From NCBI GenBank assembly GCA_028714495.1, contig JAQTMH010000001.1:245036-309035 (forward strand): 64,000 nt of DNA. Reading direction: 5' to 3'. Positions within the stretch are counted from its first letter, which is position 1. Every line of letters starts with the position of its first letter. The position numbers were made by a program, and so were the translations under genes. Below are positions 38,564-49,859 of this stretch, one piece after another. The notes beneath the pieces are model-generated. The model did not search any database and was not told the DNA's origin. It saw only the letters and a program-made list of their open reading frames with translations. This DNA is from Patescibacteria group bacterium (GTDB lineage Bacteria; Patescibacteriota; Patescibacteriia; JAHIZJ01).

Positions 38564-39127
38564 CTATGGGTTAGGATTAACGAATAATAATCCGTAGTGG
38601 TAAGGACCAGCCTCAAAAGTCTCTAATAATTGAAGACCGAGGTCGCTGGCTATGGCCTTGATTTTCTCAGCTGGGACGCGGTCTTTTTCCAGCGGGCCAA
38701 ACGGCGCGCCCTGAGGCTTCCATTCAACCACCAACAGCATGCCTTCTCGCTTTAACATGCGCTTGGCTTCCTGCATCATTTCTTTATGCTTTTTCGTCTG
38801 GAACAAGGTATTAATCAGCAGAGCCCGATCTAAACCACCAGTCGGTATTTTAGTGGCGCCGTAGATCTCAAGATTTGACCAGACTGTTCTGACATTATTT
38901 ATTCCCTGCATCCGGGCCTTACTAATCACGCTGGCTAAAACGGACTTGAGAATATCAACCGCGTAAACTACGCCTTTTTCACCAACCGCTTTGGCTGACT
39001 GAAGGACAAAAACCCCGCTGCTCCCACAACCTAAATCAGCTACTGACATTCTGAAAGAAATGCCGGCTTTTTGGATCAGCTTCATTGGGTCGAGCAGCTC
39101 ATTGCCGCCCGGTATTCGTTCAACCAT
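38564..39127 (-). CDS. Class I SAM-dependent methyltransferase
   Basis: VADLGCGSSG and VYAVDI motifs. Confidence 0.85.
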   Translation of the reverse strand: MVERIPGGNELLDPMKLIQKAGISFRMSVADLGCGSSGVFVLQSAKAVGEKGVVYAVDILKSVLASVISKARMQGINNVRTVWSNLEIYGATKIPTGGLDRALLINTLFQTKKHKEMMQEAKRMLKREGMLLVVEWKPQGAPFGPLEKDRVPAEKIKAIASDLGLQLLETFEAGPYHYGLLFVNPNP

Positions 39128-39168
39128 AGACTGTTTTAAGTAAATTCATTATACCAAAATATCAATGC

Positions 39169-39777
39169 CTAGACAATAAGATGCTTCATCGGTCGGTAGC
39201 TTTTGCGGTGGAACTGACTGACACCATGTTTTTTGATCAGGGCTAAATGGTGTTTCGTGCCATAGCCTTTGTGGAGATGGAAATCGTACTGGGGAAGTTT
39301 CTCGTGCTGGCCGATGAGAATTCGATCGCGCGTCACCTTGGCCAGAATCGAAGCGGCCGCGATGGAAAAAACTTTTTGGTCGCCGCGCACGATGGCTTGA
39401 CTCGGCAGTAAGTGATCAAACTTCAGCGCGTCGATTAAAAGATAGTCTGGTGCGACTGAAAGTTTTTTGATGGCCAGCACCATAGCCAAAATATTCGCCG
39501 GGCCGATTCCCTTTCGGTCAATTAACCGGTGGCTGACAATTCCGACGCTCCAGCTAATCGCCACCTTGGCAATCGCCGAAAACAATTTCTCCCGTTGGCC
39601 AGGCGAAAGCTGTTTTGAATCGCGCAAACCCTCTAAACGGATTCGCGGCGGCAAAATTACCGCGGCTGCCACAATCGGACCAGCCCAGGCTCCCCGGCCA
39701 GCCTCATCCAGGCCGGCGATATTCCGATACCCAAGCTTCCATAATTTTTTCTCCTCAAGCCGGCTTGGTTTTGTCAT
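39169..39777 (-). CDS. rnhB: Ribonuclease HII
   Basis: GLDEAGRG, DSKQL, AAASILAKVTRD, HKGYGT. Confidence 0.96.
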   Translation of the reverse strand: MTKPSRLEEKKLWKLGYRNIAGLDEAGRGAWAGPIVAAAVILPPRIRLEGLRDSKQLSPGQREKLFSAIAKVAISWSVGIVSHRLIDRKGIGPANILAMVLAIKKLSVAPDYLLIDALKFDHLLPSQAIVRGDQKVFSIAAASILAKVTRDRILIGQHEKLPQYDFHLHKGYGTKHHLALIKKHGVSQFHRKSYRPMKHLIV

Positions 39778-39808
39778 GGCTTAAGTATACTCTTCTTCAA
39801 GAAATACC

Positions 39809-39836
39809 GTAGGCGAGGTTGACCAACCTCGCCTAT
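39809..39836. repeat. GTAG-type REP-like palindrome
   Basis: Near-identical to 11112-11139. Confidence 0.65.
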
Positions 39837-39946
39837 GTAGTATTTACATTACTATGTCCTAATAAACGACCTTTATCCAAAAAAATGCCCGACCGCATGG
39901 TGGGTCGGGCTCTAGTAAGAACTCTCAACAGTCTTGGATCAAGGTA

Positions 39947-41197
39947 CTACTGCCAGATCGTCGCGCTCGCATAAATTCCCTGGGCTGTTTCGTCGAATCG
40001 AAACGATGTCTCCAGCCGCAGATAGTCGACTTTCTTCCGCTGCATCGGGTCAGGCGTATTTGTCACGTGGATTTTGCATCCGAGAGTGATGGCTTTCCAG
40101 TCCTGGCCAGGGTCGTCGAGCGTGCGCGGACGAGAACCTGGGACCAAATCAGTGGCTGTCTGATAGACTAGACCGAGATAGGGGTTGTGAACCGGGCCGA
40201 AGACCCGGGGCCAAGTACCATATAGTGCGTACTGGGATTCCCGAAGCTCCGCTTCCATGCCCGCTTCGATATCGACGGTGGTAAAGGTAGCAGTCACCAG
40301 TCCAAAATCCACTGCGTCGTATCCCCGGCCCACGCCGAGCGTGCCAAAGTCTCGGTTTCGCACTACGCGTGATCGGCTGAGCGCGCCGTGAGCAAAGGAA
40401 TTAGCGATGGCGGAACTAACCGGCTGGTTCAAGGCACGCCCCCAGAGAGTGGCAATGCCTAGATAACAGGTTGCCTCGGGCTTCTTTCTCATGACAAAGA
40501 GCGCTGCTGGATTAGCGCCACGATTCTCAACATCGGCATAACGCGCGATCCCGCCGATCCACGTCGGCGAATCCTCCTGGTTCACCGCTGATCCAGCCAG
40601 AGCGAGTATTCGTGGGGCGCTTGCTTGCCAATCCAGGACAGAAATATACCGTTTTTCTTCGATCGGGCCGGCGTGTGATACTGCTTTCTCATTGGAGGCT
40701 CCCAAGTATAGTCCGAGGTTGCCATGCTGCACCCGCGCCGTACCGTCGAGATGCACAGTTTCATCAGCATCGCGTTCAGCCGAGAAACCGAGAGCGAAGT
40801 TCTTCCGCTCGTATGAAGGATACAGGCCAAACGCCCAGTAATCTTCGCCGAGCAAATACCGGGCGATCGAACCGGCCAGCTTGAGCTGAACCGGCGCGAG
40901 CGGCGCGCAGACCCCGAAATCAAGCGACTCTTCGTCAAGCTCGAGTCCGTATACTGGCGACACGCGGTTGTCGGCGTTCGAATACTCCAAAGCGAGTAGC
41001 CGCGTCCGATCCGGCGAATCCACATAGAATCGGAATCCGCCGTTCTTAATCGTCCCAACCTGTTCACTCCCGAGGTACCGATCCAGTTGACTGGCCTCGA
41101 CCGTGAATCGGTAGGGCACGATTGACTGGGCTGAAATCGGTTGGACAGCCAACACGCAGAAAAACGCGCACACCGCAAAAGCTAAACCGTATCGCAT
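39947..41197 (-). CDS. Secreted beta-rich hypothetical protein
   Basis: AGGAGG RBS; signal peptide; amphipathic strands; ends YASATIWQ. Confidence 0.65.
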   Translation of the reverse strand: MRYGLAFAVCAFFCVLAVQPISAQSIVPYRFTVEASQLDRYLGSEQVGTIKNGGFRFYVDSPDRTRLLALEYSNADNRVSPVYGLELDEESLDFGVCAPLAPVQLKLAGSIARYLLGEDYWAFGLYPSYERKNFALGFSAERDADETVHLDGTARVQHGNLGLYLGASNEKAVSHAGPIEEKRYISVLDWQASAPRILALAGSAVNQEDSPTWIGGIARYADVENRGANPAALFVMRKKPEATCYLGIATLWGRALNQPVSSAIANSFAHGALSRSRVVRNRDFGTLGVGRGYDAVDFGLVTATFTTVDIEAGMEAELRESQYALYGTWPRVFGPVHNPYLGLVYQTATDLVPGSRPRTLDDPGQDWKAITLGCKIHVTNTPDPMQRKKVDYLRLETSFRFDETAQGIYASATIWQ

Positions 41198-41381
41198 TCG
41201 AGACCTCCTTGTGAACGTACTACTGCCGCAACTACCTCTAGCCAGGTTAACACAGCTTGTTTGCAGCCCTGCATATTATCACTTGTCAAATCAGATGGTC
41301 AAGTTACCAATGCCGCATTCAATAAATAAAAAGGGGCGTTTCTCGAAGGAGAAACCGCCCCAGGTCATTCAAAGGTTCAAA

Positions 41382-42458
41382 CTAGGCCACTGTGACCTCC
41401 GGACAGAGGTAGACGTCTTGAACCGCGTTCAGCAGCTCGACGCCTTCAGCCATCGGCCGCTGAAAAGCCTTCCGTCCAGTGATCAAGCCCATACCGCCAG
41501 CCCGCTTGTTGATGACTGCAGTACGGACTACCTGGGCAATGTCGTCCTTGCCAGAAGAAGCACCGCCTGAGTTGATAAGCCCGACACGGCCAAGGTAATT
41601 GTGAACTACTTGAACCCGACAGAGATCAATCGGATGAGGTGAAGACAATTTCGTGTACATCTCTTCCTTGAACTTGCCGAATCTCGCACCCCCCGCATTC
41701 ATCGCTTTGAACCCGCCATCGCAGGTCGGCAGCTTCTGCTTGATGATGTCAGCCTGAATCGTAGCGCCCAGATGATCGGCCTGGCCAGTCAGATCAGCGC
41801 TTTCTTCGTGGTTGACTCCTGCCACCTTGAAAGCCGGGTTGCGCAGATAGCACCAGAGGATGGTCGCCATGCCCAGCTGATGCGCCAGCTCAAACGCCTG
41901 GCTGACCTCAACGATCTGATGCCGCGACTCGGCTGAACCGAAATAGATCGTCGCGCCCACTGCCGCCGCACCCAGATCAAACGCCTGCTGAACGCTGGCA
42001 AACATGGTCATGTCCCAGATGTTGGGATGGCTTAGGAGCTCGTTGTGATTGAGCTTCACGATGAAAGGAATCTGATGCGCGTACTGACGTGCCATTGAAC
42101 CAAGCACGCCCAGCGTTGAGGCCACGCCGTTGCAGCCGCCTTCGATTGCGAGCTTCACAATGTTTTCGGGATCGAAGTATTCGGGGTTCGGCGCAAAGCT
42201 GGCTCCGGCCGAGTGCTCGATCCCCTGGTCAACCGGCAGAAACGAAAGATAGCCGGTCCCAGCCAAACGTCCATGATTGAACAGTCCGGCTAAGCTGGTC
42301 AAGACTCGACAGGAACGATCGCTCGCCGAACATACCCGATCAATGAAATCCGGTCCGGGCAGATGGAGCCGGCTGCTGGGCACTGTCTGACACTGATGCG
42401 TCAGCAGCTCCTCCGCCTCTTCACCAAGTAATTCGGCAATTCTGTCTCTGGTCAACAT
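41382..42458 (-). CDS. fbaB: Class I fructose-bisphosphate aldolase (DhnA type)
   Basis: [33 protein letters not shown]. Confidence 0.95.
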   Translation of the reverse strand: MLTRDRIAELLGEEAEELLTHQCQTVPSSRLHLPGPDFIDRVCSASDRSCRVLTSLAGLFNHGRLAGTGYLSFLPVDQGIEHSAGASFAPNPEYFDPENIVKLAIEGGCNGVASTLGVLGSMARQYAHQIPFIVKLNHNELLSHPNIWDMTMFASVQQAFDLGAAAVGATIYFGSAESRHQIVEVSQAFELAHQLGMATILWCYLRNPAFKVAGVNHEESADLTGQADHLGATIQADIIKQKLPTCDGGFKAMNAGGARFGKFKEEMYTKLSSPHPIDLCRVQVVHNYLGRVGLINSGGASSGKDDIAQVVRTAVINKRAGGMGLITGRKAFQRPMAEGVELLNAVQDVYLCPEVTVA

Positions 42459-42725
42459 CTGTTCCTCCTTTTGTTGACCGCCCTTGTTTGCGAAAGGACC
42501 TGCCAAAATCGGCTTTACTAGCTTAGCTCGTTTATTTCTTTTGTCAATTTTGATATTAACATTATATTAAAAACGCAGGCGCGCCTATATAACTTTTTTT
42601 AATAATCATAGGGTAAATTTCAGAGTATTATTATCGCCTCAACTCACGACACTGGGATAAACTAAAAGGCGGCTTCAGCCGCCTTCCTTCATTCTTACTT
42701 CTAAATTCTGAATTCTAAATTGCCC

Positions 42726-43970
42726 CTAGTACCCCCTTAACTTAATCGCCTCAGCCACCCGCGACACTGCCAAGATATACGCTCCCATGCGCAGGTCAAC
42801 CTGGTGGAGCTTGGCAGTTTCAAAAGTCTGCTTAAATGCTCGAGTCATTACCTTTCTTAATTGCGCCATGACCTCCTCTTCATCCCAATAATATTGCTGC
42901 ATGTTTTGGACCCACTCGAAATACGAGACTGTTACCCCGCCGGCATTTGAGAGAATGTCGGGAATGACCAGAATATTCTTTTTATTCAGTTTGTCGTCAG
43001 CCTCCGGGGTAATCGCGCCATTAGCCAATTCGAGAATGATCTTGGCTTTAATGCGGTTGGCGTTTTGACCCGTGATTTGATTGTCCAGGGCGGCTGGGAT
43101 GAGAATTTCGCACGGCTGTTCAAGCAATTTTGCATTAGTCAGTTTCTTGGTTCCGGGATAGCCCACCACTGATCCGGTTTTATCTTTGTATGTTTCAACT
43201 TTATTCGGATCCAAGCCCTTCAAATCCATAATCGCGCCTTTTGAATCTGACAAGCCGATAATTTTGAATTTCATCGAGTGGAGTATTTTGGCGGTATAGC
43301 TGCCGGCATTGCCAAATCCCTGGATTATCACCCGGCTGAAACGGTCGCACTTCACGCCCTTCATCCCGCAGACTTCCTGGAGCACGAAAATTCCACCCTG
43401 GGCTGTGGCGTACTGCCGGCCATGACTTCCGCCAATCTCCACTGGCTTACCAGTCACAATCCCCGGCACATTATAGCCAGTCAGACGGCTGGCCTCATCC
43501 ATGATCCAAGCCATAATCTGCGGGTTAGTATAAACGTCCGGCGCGGGAATGTCGCGATTCGGGCCGATGAAGCCGTTTAAGCCGCGCACATAGCCCCGGG
43601 TCAGCCGTTCTAATTCTCCGTGGCTCAGTTTTTTCGGGTCAACTACCACGCCGCCCTTAGCGCCGCCATAAGGAATGTCCATCAGGGCGCACTTCCAGGT
43701 CATCAGCATGGCTAGGGCTTTAACCTCGCTCAGATCGGCCTTTGGATGATAACGAACCCCGCCCTTGGTCGGACCGCGCGATTCATTATGCTGGACGCGA
43801 TAGCCGTGAAATACCTTCACCTTACCATCGTCCATCCGAACCGGAATATAAACTTGTAGGATCCGAATCGGATTGCGCAGGATGTTTAGAATGTCTTCAT
43901 TTAAATTTATTTTCTTCGCCGCCCGGTCAAGCTGGCGTAGGGCGTTTTGAAAGGGATTGGCTGCTGGCAT
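42726..43970 (-). CDS. gdhA: Glutamate dehydrogenase (Glu/Leu/Phe/Val family)
   Basis: [34 protein letters not shown]. Confidence 0.92.
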   Translation of the reverse strand: MPAANPFQNALRQLDRAAKKINLNEDILNILRNPIRILQVYIPVRMDDGKVKVFHGYRVQHNESRGPTKGGVRYHPKADLSEVKALAMLMTWKCALMDIPYGGAKGGVVVDPKKLSHGELERLTRGYVRGLNGFIGPNRDIPAPDVYTNPQIMAWIMDEASRLTGYNVPGIVTGKPVEIGGSHGRQYATAQGGIFVLQEVCGMKGVKCDRFSRVIIQGFGNAGSYTAKILHSMKFKIIGLSDSKGAIMDLKGLDPNKVETYKDKTGSVVGYPGTKKLTNAKLLEQPCEILIPAALDNQITGQNANRIKAKIILELANGAITPEADDKLNKKNILVIPDILSNAGGVTVSYFEWVQNMQQYYWDEEEVMAQLRKVMTRAFKQTFETAKLHQVDLRMGAYILAVSRVAEAIKLRGY

Positions 43971-43977
43971 GCTTGAT

Positions 43978-45186
43978 TTAATTTAATTGTTTAAGATACT
44001 GGGTTATTCCTTCTCGCAAAATGGTCAGGGCTTGATTTAGTTTATCATTTTCCAGGACAAAAGCCAGGCGGAATTCGAGCCGGCCATCTTCAGGCTTGAG
44101 ATAAAATCCGGTGCCCGGCGCCACCACCACGGTTTGGTTTCGATGAGCGAAGTCGCTGACCAGCCAGCGGCAGAACTTTTCGCTGTTGTCCAATTTCGGA
44201 ATCTTGATAAAGGCGTAAAAGGCTCCAGTCGGCTGAATATACTCAGCCCCGGGTAAATCGCCAAAGGCTCGAGTAACCATTTCGCGTCTGGCCCGGAACG
44301 TTTCTACGTAGGATTTGATATAATCTTGTCCATAAGCCAGAGCTGAAATAGCTGCGCGCTGGCTCGGCACCGGAGCTGAAAGCCGGCTTTGGCACATATG
44401 CCTGACCGCTGTCATAATCTCCTGGTCTCGGCTTACCAGGCAGCCGATCCGGCAACCGCATAGGCTGTAGCGTTTCGACACGCTGTCAAGCATTATTACC
44501 CGGCCCTTAAACTCTGGAAATTGGAGAATGCTTGTCGGCCTACCCTCATACACCAATTCGCGATATACTTCGTCAACAATCAATGCCAAGTTGTTTTCCG
44601 CTGCCAAGCGTCCGAGCGAGGCCAATTCCTCGCGCGAGTAAACATAGCCGCTGGGATTGGATGGATTGTCAAAAATAATCGCGCGGGTTTTGTCTGTCAC
44701 TTGCTGGCGCAGATTTTCAAATGGCGGCAAGCGAAAAGATTCCCTGCTTCTGACCAGGGACACGCTTCTCAATTTCAGACCCAGCAGCGTGGCAATGCTT
44801 AAATAGTTCGGATAGAAAGGCTCAAAAACCAAAACTTCGTCGCCGGGATCTGCCACCGCGGCCAGCGAAAAAAGTATCGCCTCGCTCGCCCCGGTGGTTA
44901 CGATAATTTCATCGGTGCTGATATTAACGCCGAAGTCATTATAATATTTTTGCCAGGCGGAAATCAGCTCGGGTTCACCAGACGATTGGCCGTATTTAAT
45001 TTTTCGCGAAGCAAAATCAGCCAAAGCCAAGCTGACTGACTGAGGCGGAAATTCATCCGGCTCGCCCAGATTCAGGTAATAAACTTGGCGGCCGGTTTTT
45101 TCGACCAATTGGGCGGTCGAAATCAGCAGGCGCAAGGGGGATTCTGGAATCTCCCGGCCGCGTTTTGAAATCCCGTTAGTCCTCAT
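43978..45186 (-). CDS. Class I/II PLP-dependent aminotransferase
   Basis: [25 protein letters not shown]. Confidence 0.9.
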   Translation of the reverse strand: MRTNGISKRGREIPESPLRLLISTAQLVEKTGRQVYYLNLGEPDEFPPQSVSLALADFASRKIKYGQSSGEPELISAWQKYYNDFGVNISTDEIIVTTGASEAILFSLAAVADPGDEVLVFEPFYPNYLSIATLLGLKLRSVSLVRSRESFRLPPFENLRQQVTDKTRAIIFDNPSNPSGYVYSREELASLGRLAAENNLALIVDEVYRELVYEGRPTSILQFPEFKGRVIMLDSVSKRYSLCGCRIGCLVSRDQEIMTAVRHMCQSRLSAPVPSQRAAISALAYGQDYIKSYVETFRARREMVTRAFGDLPGAEYIQPTGAFYAFIKIPKLDNSEKFCRWLVSDFAHRNQTVVVAPGTGFYLKPEDGRLEFRLAFVLENDKLNQALTILREGITQYLKQLN

Positions 45187-45253
45187 AAATCGCAAAGAGG
45201 TCTCGCGTCGCCTTCTTGATCGGCGGACGAACGAGACCTCGCTGGATAAATTA

Positions 45254-45580
45254 TTATTTTAAAATCTGATTAAGTTCGTCCGCGATCTTTTGCTTTGGCT
45301 GCGACCCGACCAATTGCTTGACCAGCTGGCCTTTTTGAAATATGACCAGGGTCGGGATGCTCATGACGTTGAATTTCCCGGCCGTGACTGGATTTTGGTC
45401 AACCTCGATCTTGCCAACCTTCACCTTGCCCTCAAATTCCTTGGCTAGCTCTTCGATTACCGGCGCGAGGGCCCGGCAGGGACCGCACCATGAAGCCCAG
45501 AAATCAACTAATACTGGTAATGATTCTTCTTTGACCACTTCTTGTTCGAAATTTTGATCAGTCAATGTTACTTCCGCCAT
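45254..45580 (-). CDS. trxA: Thioredoxin
   Basis: WCGPC active site. Confidence 0.95.
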   Translation of the reverse strand: MAEVTLTDQNFEQEVVKEESLPVLVDFWASWCGPCRALAPVIEELAKEFEGKVKVGKIEVDQNPVTAGKFNVMSIPTLVIFQKGQLVKQLVGSQPKQKIADELNQILK

Positions 45581-45704
45581 AATATTCTTTTTATTAATTA
45601 TTGGTTTATTAATTGTAAGCCAGTCAGTCAAAAAAGTCCAGAAAAGAAAAACGCCCTCCTCTATTCCTATTAGGAAGGCGCGAACCTCTATCAGTGGTAA
45701 TGGG

Positions 45705-45977
45705 CTAGACAGCCTGACCCGCAGGCTCTCTTTTGCCCAATTCCCGCTTCACACGATCAATGACTTGCTGAACCGTCCGGAAACACTCCACTTCGCCTTC
45801 TGGAATCTCGACCTTGAATTCCTCATTGAGAGCTGCGGCCAGATCGGGCACGTCATCGGGTCCGGCCCTCAGATCTTCAATGAGCCTCATCCCAGGCCCT
45901 ACCCTCTCCGACGATGTGTCCAATTGTCCTGCGATGACCTGTCTTGCCCGTTCCTCAACCGTACCTTGCCTTGGCAT
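45705..45977 (-). CDS. Acyl-carrier-protein-like protein lacking the DSL serine
   Basis: ACP-like LIEDL...EEFKVEIP...TVQQVID; RAGPDD in place of GADSLD. Confidence 0.65.
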   Translation of the reverse strand: MPRQGTVEERARQVIAGQLDTSSERVGPGMRLIEDLRAGPDDVPDLAAALNEEFKVEIPEGEVECFRTVQQVIDRVKRELGKREPAGQAV

Positions 45978-46112
45978 ATTTTCCCTCCCATTTTCCGTAA
46001 AAGGTGAATGTGCTGACCGAATCTTAACAAAATCTTTAGAAAAGTCAAGTGCTTGTCTAGAAAAAAGTGCGCAAAAAAAGACCTCGAATCAAAGGTCATT
46101 TTTTCAATAATA

Positions 46113-47381
46113 TTATCGTCTGGCAGCTGGTCGGCGACGGCGCCTAGGAAAGTTCATGTGAAATGGCCGGCTGTTGCCATAAGGTGAGGTGGTCTGTATC
46201 CGAGTCGACGGTTGCGGCTGCTGAAAACGGGGTGGTTGGGGCCGGGCTGGCGGTAAATCAGGCAAGGCGGATATGCGTAGTGTCGTACGGATAAGCCGTT
46301 CAATCGCCCTTAAATCGCCGCGCTGGTCAGGCATGGCAAAGGAGATCGCCCGGCCTGGCTGTCCAGCTCGACCAGTGCGGCCGATCCGATGCACGTAGTC
46401 TTCTGCCTGTGACGGCAGGTCATAATTCACGACTAGTTCAATGCCGCGCACATCAATGCCTCGGGCAGCAATATCAGTGGCAACTAACACTCGGTATTTG
46501 CCGGACTTAAAACCGTCGAGCGCGTCCCGGCGCTGGTTCAGTGTTCGGTTCGAATGGATCTCAGCCGCTGGAATTCCCATTGACTTAACAGTACGAGTCA
46601 GTTTTTTTGCCGTATGCTTCGTGCGCATGAAAACGAGCACAGCGCCCCGAGTGTCTTGGAGCAATTTTTCAAGTAAACGAGTTTTTTCCGCTTTCGCCAC
46701 GACAAACACCTCTTGTTCGACAGTAGCCGGGGCAGTGCCTGATCGGGCTACCTCAATACGTACAGGCAGGCGCATTTGGCGCCGGGCTATCTGCATGATT
46801 GCGTCTGGAATTGTGGCTGAAAACAGCATGGTCTGTCGTTTAGCCGCCGGCGGTACAGACGCCAAAATCCGATTGATCTGGGGCGCGAAACCCATGTCGA
46901 GCATCCGGTCGGCCTCATCGAGGACGAGGATATGGACATCGTCGAGGCGAATATTTTTCTGCTCAAGGTGGTCGATCAGCCGACCAGGCGTGGCAATAAT
47001 AATATGGGGTTTTTTCCGAAGAGCCTCGAGTTGTTTGACTTGGGAAGCGCCGCCAATCAACACAGCGGTCCGCAAACCGACGCCGCGACCGATGTCGTGG
47101 AGCGCTTCATCCACTTGCATAGCCAGTTCGCGTGTCGGGAGAATAACCAAGCCACGGCCTTTTACCTGGGCCAGACGTTGAATCATCGGTATGCCAAAAG
47201 CAATCGTCTTGCCCGTGCCGGTTTGGGCCACTCCGACCACGTCTTTTCCCTCAATGGCCGGAGGAATTGATTGGTGCTGAATCGGCGTCGGCGTGGTAAA
47301 ACCCAGCCGCTCGAGCGTATCGAGAAGCTGCGGCGCGATGCCAAGACCGAGAAAGTTTTGTTGCTCTGTGTTAGTGTTCAT
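46113..47381 (-). CDS. DEAD-box RNA helicase (RhlE-like)
   Basis: AQTGTGKT, PTRELA, DEAD, SAT, HRIGRTGR. Confidence 0.95.
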   Translation of the reverse strand: MNTNTEQQNFLGLGIAPQLLDTLERLGFTTPTPIQHQSIPPAIEGKDVVGVAQTGTGKTIAFGIPMIQRLAQVKGRGLVILPTRELAMQVDEALHDIGRGVGLRTAVLIGGASQVKQLEALRKKPHIIIATPGRLIDHLEQKNIRLDDVHILVLDEADRMLDMGFAPQINRILASVPPAAKRQTMLFSATIPDAIMQIARRQMRLPVRIEVARSGTAPATVEQEVFVVAKAEKTRLLEKLLQDTRGAVLVFMRTKHTAKKLTRTVKSMGIPAAEIHSNRTLNQRRDALDGFKSGKYRVLVATDIAARGIDVRGIELVVNYDLPSQAEDYVHRIGRTGRAGQPGRAISFAMPDQRGDLRAIERLIRTTLRISALPDLPPARPQPPRFQQPQPSTRIQTTSPYGNSRPFHMNFPRRRRRPAARR

Positions 47382-47609
47382 AGAACGCGGAGAGTATAAC
47401 GTATTTTCACCGTTGCGTAAAGCACCCGAGACCGACGTGACGATTTAATCGGCGGCTGCTTCGATACGACGTTCAGTAGACAATGTCATTCTTGACTTTC
47501 TTAGATAATGGGCTAAGCTAGGCTCGACAGTTGATCTCTGACATCTCGCAATAGGCCGTATTTACACGGCGGTTGTGCACAACTACCTTTTATACCATGG
47601 AGGGAGGTC

Positions 47610-49436
47610 ATGAGGCCTAAGGAAATTACTTGGCAGTCTCTGGTCGGAGCATTCGTTGTCTCCACACTCATCGCAATGTCGTACCCCTACATCGTATTGA
47701 AGCTTGGCATGGGGCCAAATGTCTCCGTATTGGCCGCATTTCTCGGCGCGCTTTTCCTCATGGCTACGGCCAGGCGAACACGTGGTCAGAATGCAGTCCG
47801 CAACAACATCATCCAGACAGCCGCCACCAGCGCTACCTCGACCGCTTTCATGTGCGTGGTAGCCGCGGCCTTCGGCTACCTGAACATGAATGAGTCGGTC
47901 AGCCTCAAGGTACACATCACGCCCTGGCAGATGTTTTCGTGGCTATCTCTCTCGGGTACCATCGGCGTGCTGATTGCTGCGCTTTTCCGGCGCTACTTCA
48001 TCGACGACCCTGAGATGATCTTTGCCGACGGCGTGGCCGCAGCTGAGACCATCAATGTGCTTGACACAACGGGGTCGGAAGGCGGCCGGAAAATGCGTAC
48101 CCTGGGTTTTGGCGCCGTCGTCGGTGTCGCGGTTGCCTTTATCCGCGACGGGCTGCATAAGCTCGCGACCGTTCCGCTCATGATGCGATTCTCTATCGGC
48201 CTCGACTGGAGTCCGTTGTCCTTCGGCACGGGCCTACTCATCTCGCTCAACGTCGGACTCTCAATGTTGGCGGGAACGATTCTGGTCGCTTTGCTCGGCC
48301 CCCAGATCATGCACCTGGCGGGCCTGCAGATCGTACAGCAGGGCATCGCCCCGCAATATCTCAACCAGGTCATGGACTTTATTCGCTCTGGCGCGGTCCC
48401 GCTACCCGACTCACCGGAATGGCTTTTCCTGACGCAGCACGGCGGCATGGCCTTGAACTACCTGCGTGGCAACCACTACCCGATCATCATGCTCTGGTTC
48501 ATGTGGCCGGCGACCGCCATGATGATCACCGCTTCGCTCACGGCCGTGCTCCTGAAGTGGCGATCGATCACACGCATGTTCCAGTCTCTCTCCCTGAAGA
48601 AGAGTTCAACTACTGGCCGGCGCGAGGACGTCTCGCTCAAGACCATTGTCTGGCTGACCCTCGCCCTGACCGCATTCCTCGCTTATGTCCAGCACGAACA
48701 TTTCGGGATGCCGATCTGGCAAACTGTCATGTCCATTGTATTCAGCCTCCCGCTCATCCTCGTAGGCGTGCGGGTACTCGGCGAGACAAATCAGGGCCCA
48801 GTCAGTCTGATGGCCAACGCGCTCCAAGCCGTGTTCCGGCTGTTCTCGCCCCATGTCGGCCACAACCTTGTGGCCGCGGGCATGGCCGGAGACATCAACT
48901 CCCAGGGCGAGGGTACTATGCAGGTCTATCGCACCGGCCAACTTGTCGGCTCGACGCCACGCGTTCTGACCTGGATTCAGTTTAGCTTTATTCCGGTCGG
49001 AGCTGCCTCGGTGGCCATCATGTACCCGCTCTTAGTCCAGCGTTACGGTTTGGGTGAAGGTCTGGCCGCTCCGACCGGACTAAAACTCGCAAACATGGCC
49101 GTCCTGATGAGCAAAGGCCTTTCGGCTTTCCCGCCGGGCGCCCTCGCTTGGACGGTTGTGGCCGCGATTGCCGGCGTCTTCCTGACGCTTGGCAAAAGCA
49201 TCGGCAAACAGGCCTGGCTTCCGAGTGCGGCAGCGTTCGGCTTCGCCCTCATCCTCCCCGGTTTGCTCAATGTACCGATCGCTCTCGGCGCTGTTTGCGG
49301 CTGGTGGTGGAAGAAAGTGGCGCCCGAACACTATGATCGCCATCGCATCACGCTGGCTTCCGGTTTCATCGGCGGCGAAGCGCTGATCGCCGGCTTGCTC
49401 CTTCCGATTCTTTTCTACTTCGGCATCATTCGCTGA
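47610..49436 (+). CDS. OPT-family oligopeptide transporter
   Basis: NNIIQTAA, F.DG.AAAE, ASGFIGGE; many TMs. Confidence 0.85.
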   Translation: MRPKEITWQSLVGAFVVSTLIAMSYPYIVLKLGMGPNVSVLAAFLGALFLMATARRTRGQNAVRNNIIQTAATSATSTAFMCVVAAAFGYLNMNESVSLKVHITPWQMFSWLSLSGTIGVLIAALFRRYFIDDPEMIFADGVAAAETINVLDTTGSEGGRKMRTLGFGAVVGVAVAFIRDGLHKLATVPLMMRFSIGLDWSPLSFGTGLLISLNVGLSMLAGTILVALLGPQIMHLAGLQIVQQGIAPQYLNQVMDFIRSGAVPLPDSPEWLFLTQHGGMALNYLRGNHYPIIMLWFMWPATAMMITASLTAVLLKWRSITRMFQSLSLKKSSTTGRREDVSLKTIVWLTLALTAFLAYVQHEHFGMPIWQTVMSIVFSLPLILVGVRVLGETNQGPVSLMANALQAVFRLFSPHVGHNLVAAGMAGDINSQGEGTMQVYRTGQLVGSTPRVLTWIQFSFIPVGAASVAIMYPLLVQRYGLGEGLAAPTGLKLANMAVLMSKGLSAFPPGALAWTVVAAIAGVFLTLGKSIGKQAWLPSAAAFGFALILPGLLNVPIALGAVCGWWWKKVAPEHYDRHRITLASGFIGGEALIAGLLLPILFYFGIIR

Positions 49437-49731
49437 TTTCCTCTTCGGAAATCGCAACAGAGCCCGTCTCTAGGCTCTGTTTTTATATTGTAATGAATGT
49501 TGATATGGTCCCATATTGCAAGACAATCATGCCCTTCATCAATGGGTGAATTCCACAATTATAGTCATATGTGCCCGAAGCCGAGAAAATGGATTTACTG
49601 ACTTAATTTTACATAGATGCTTGGCCAGTCAAATATATTCTAGCCGAACAAATACCGAACAGACAATTATTCCCTATTTTAAACCAAAAGGGTTGATTTT
49701 TATTTAATTTTTATTATAATCAAATGTACGT

Positions 49732-49807
49732 GGGCCTGTAGCTCATCTGGTAGAGCGCTTCCATGGCATGGAAGAGGTAAGGGGTTCGAGTCCCCTCAGG
49801 TCCACCA
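49732..49807 (+). tRNA. tRNA-Ala(GGC)
   Basis: Cloverleaf, G3.U70, anticodon GGC, CCA. Confidence 0.96.
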
Positions 49808-49859
49808 AATTTAATTCCGATAACTACTTGCAATCAAAAATATATATCATGCCAATTAT

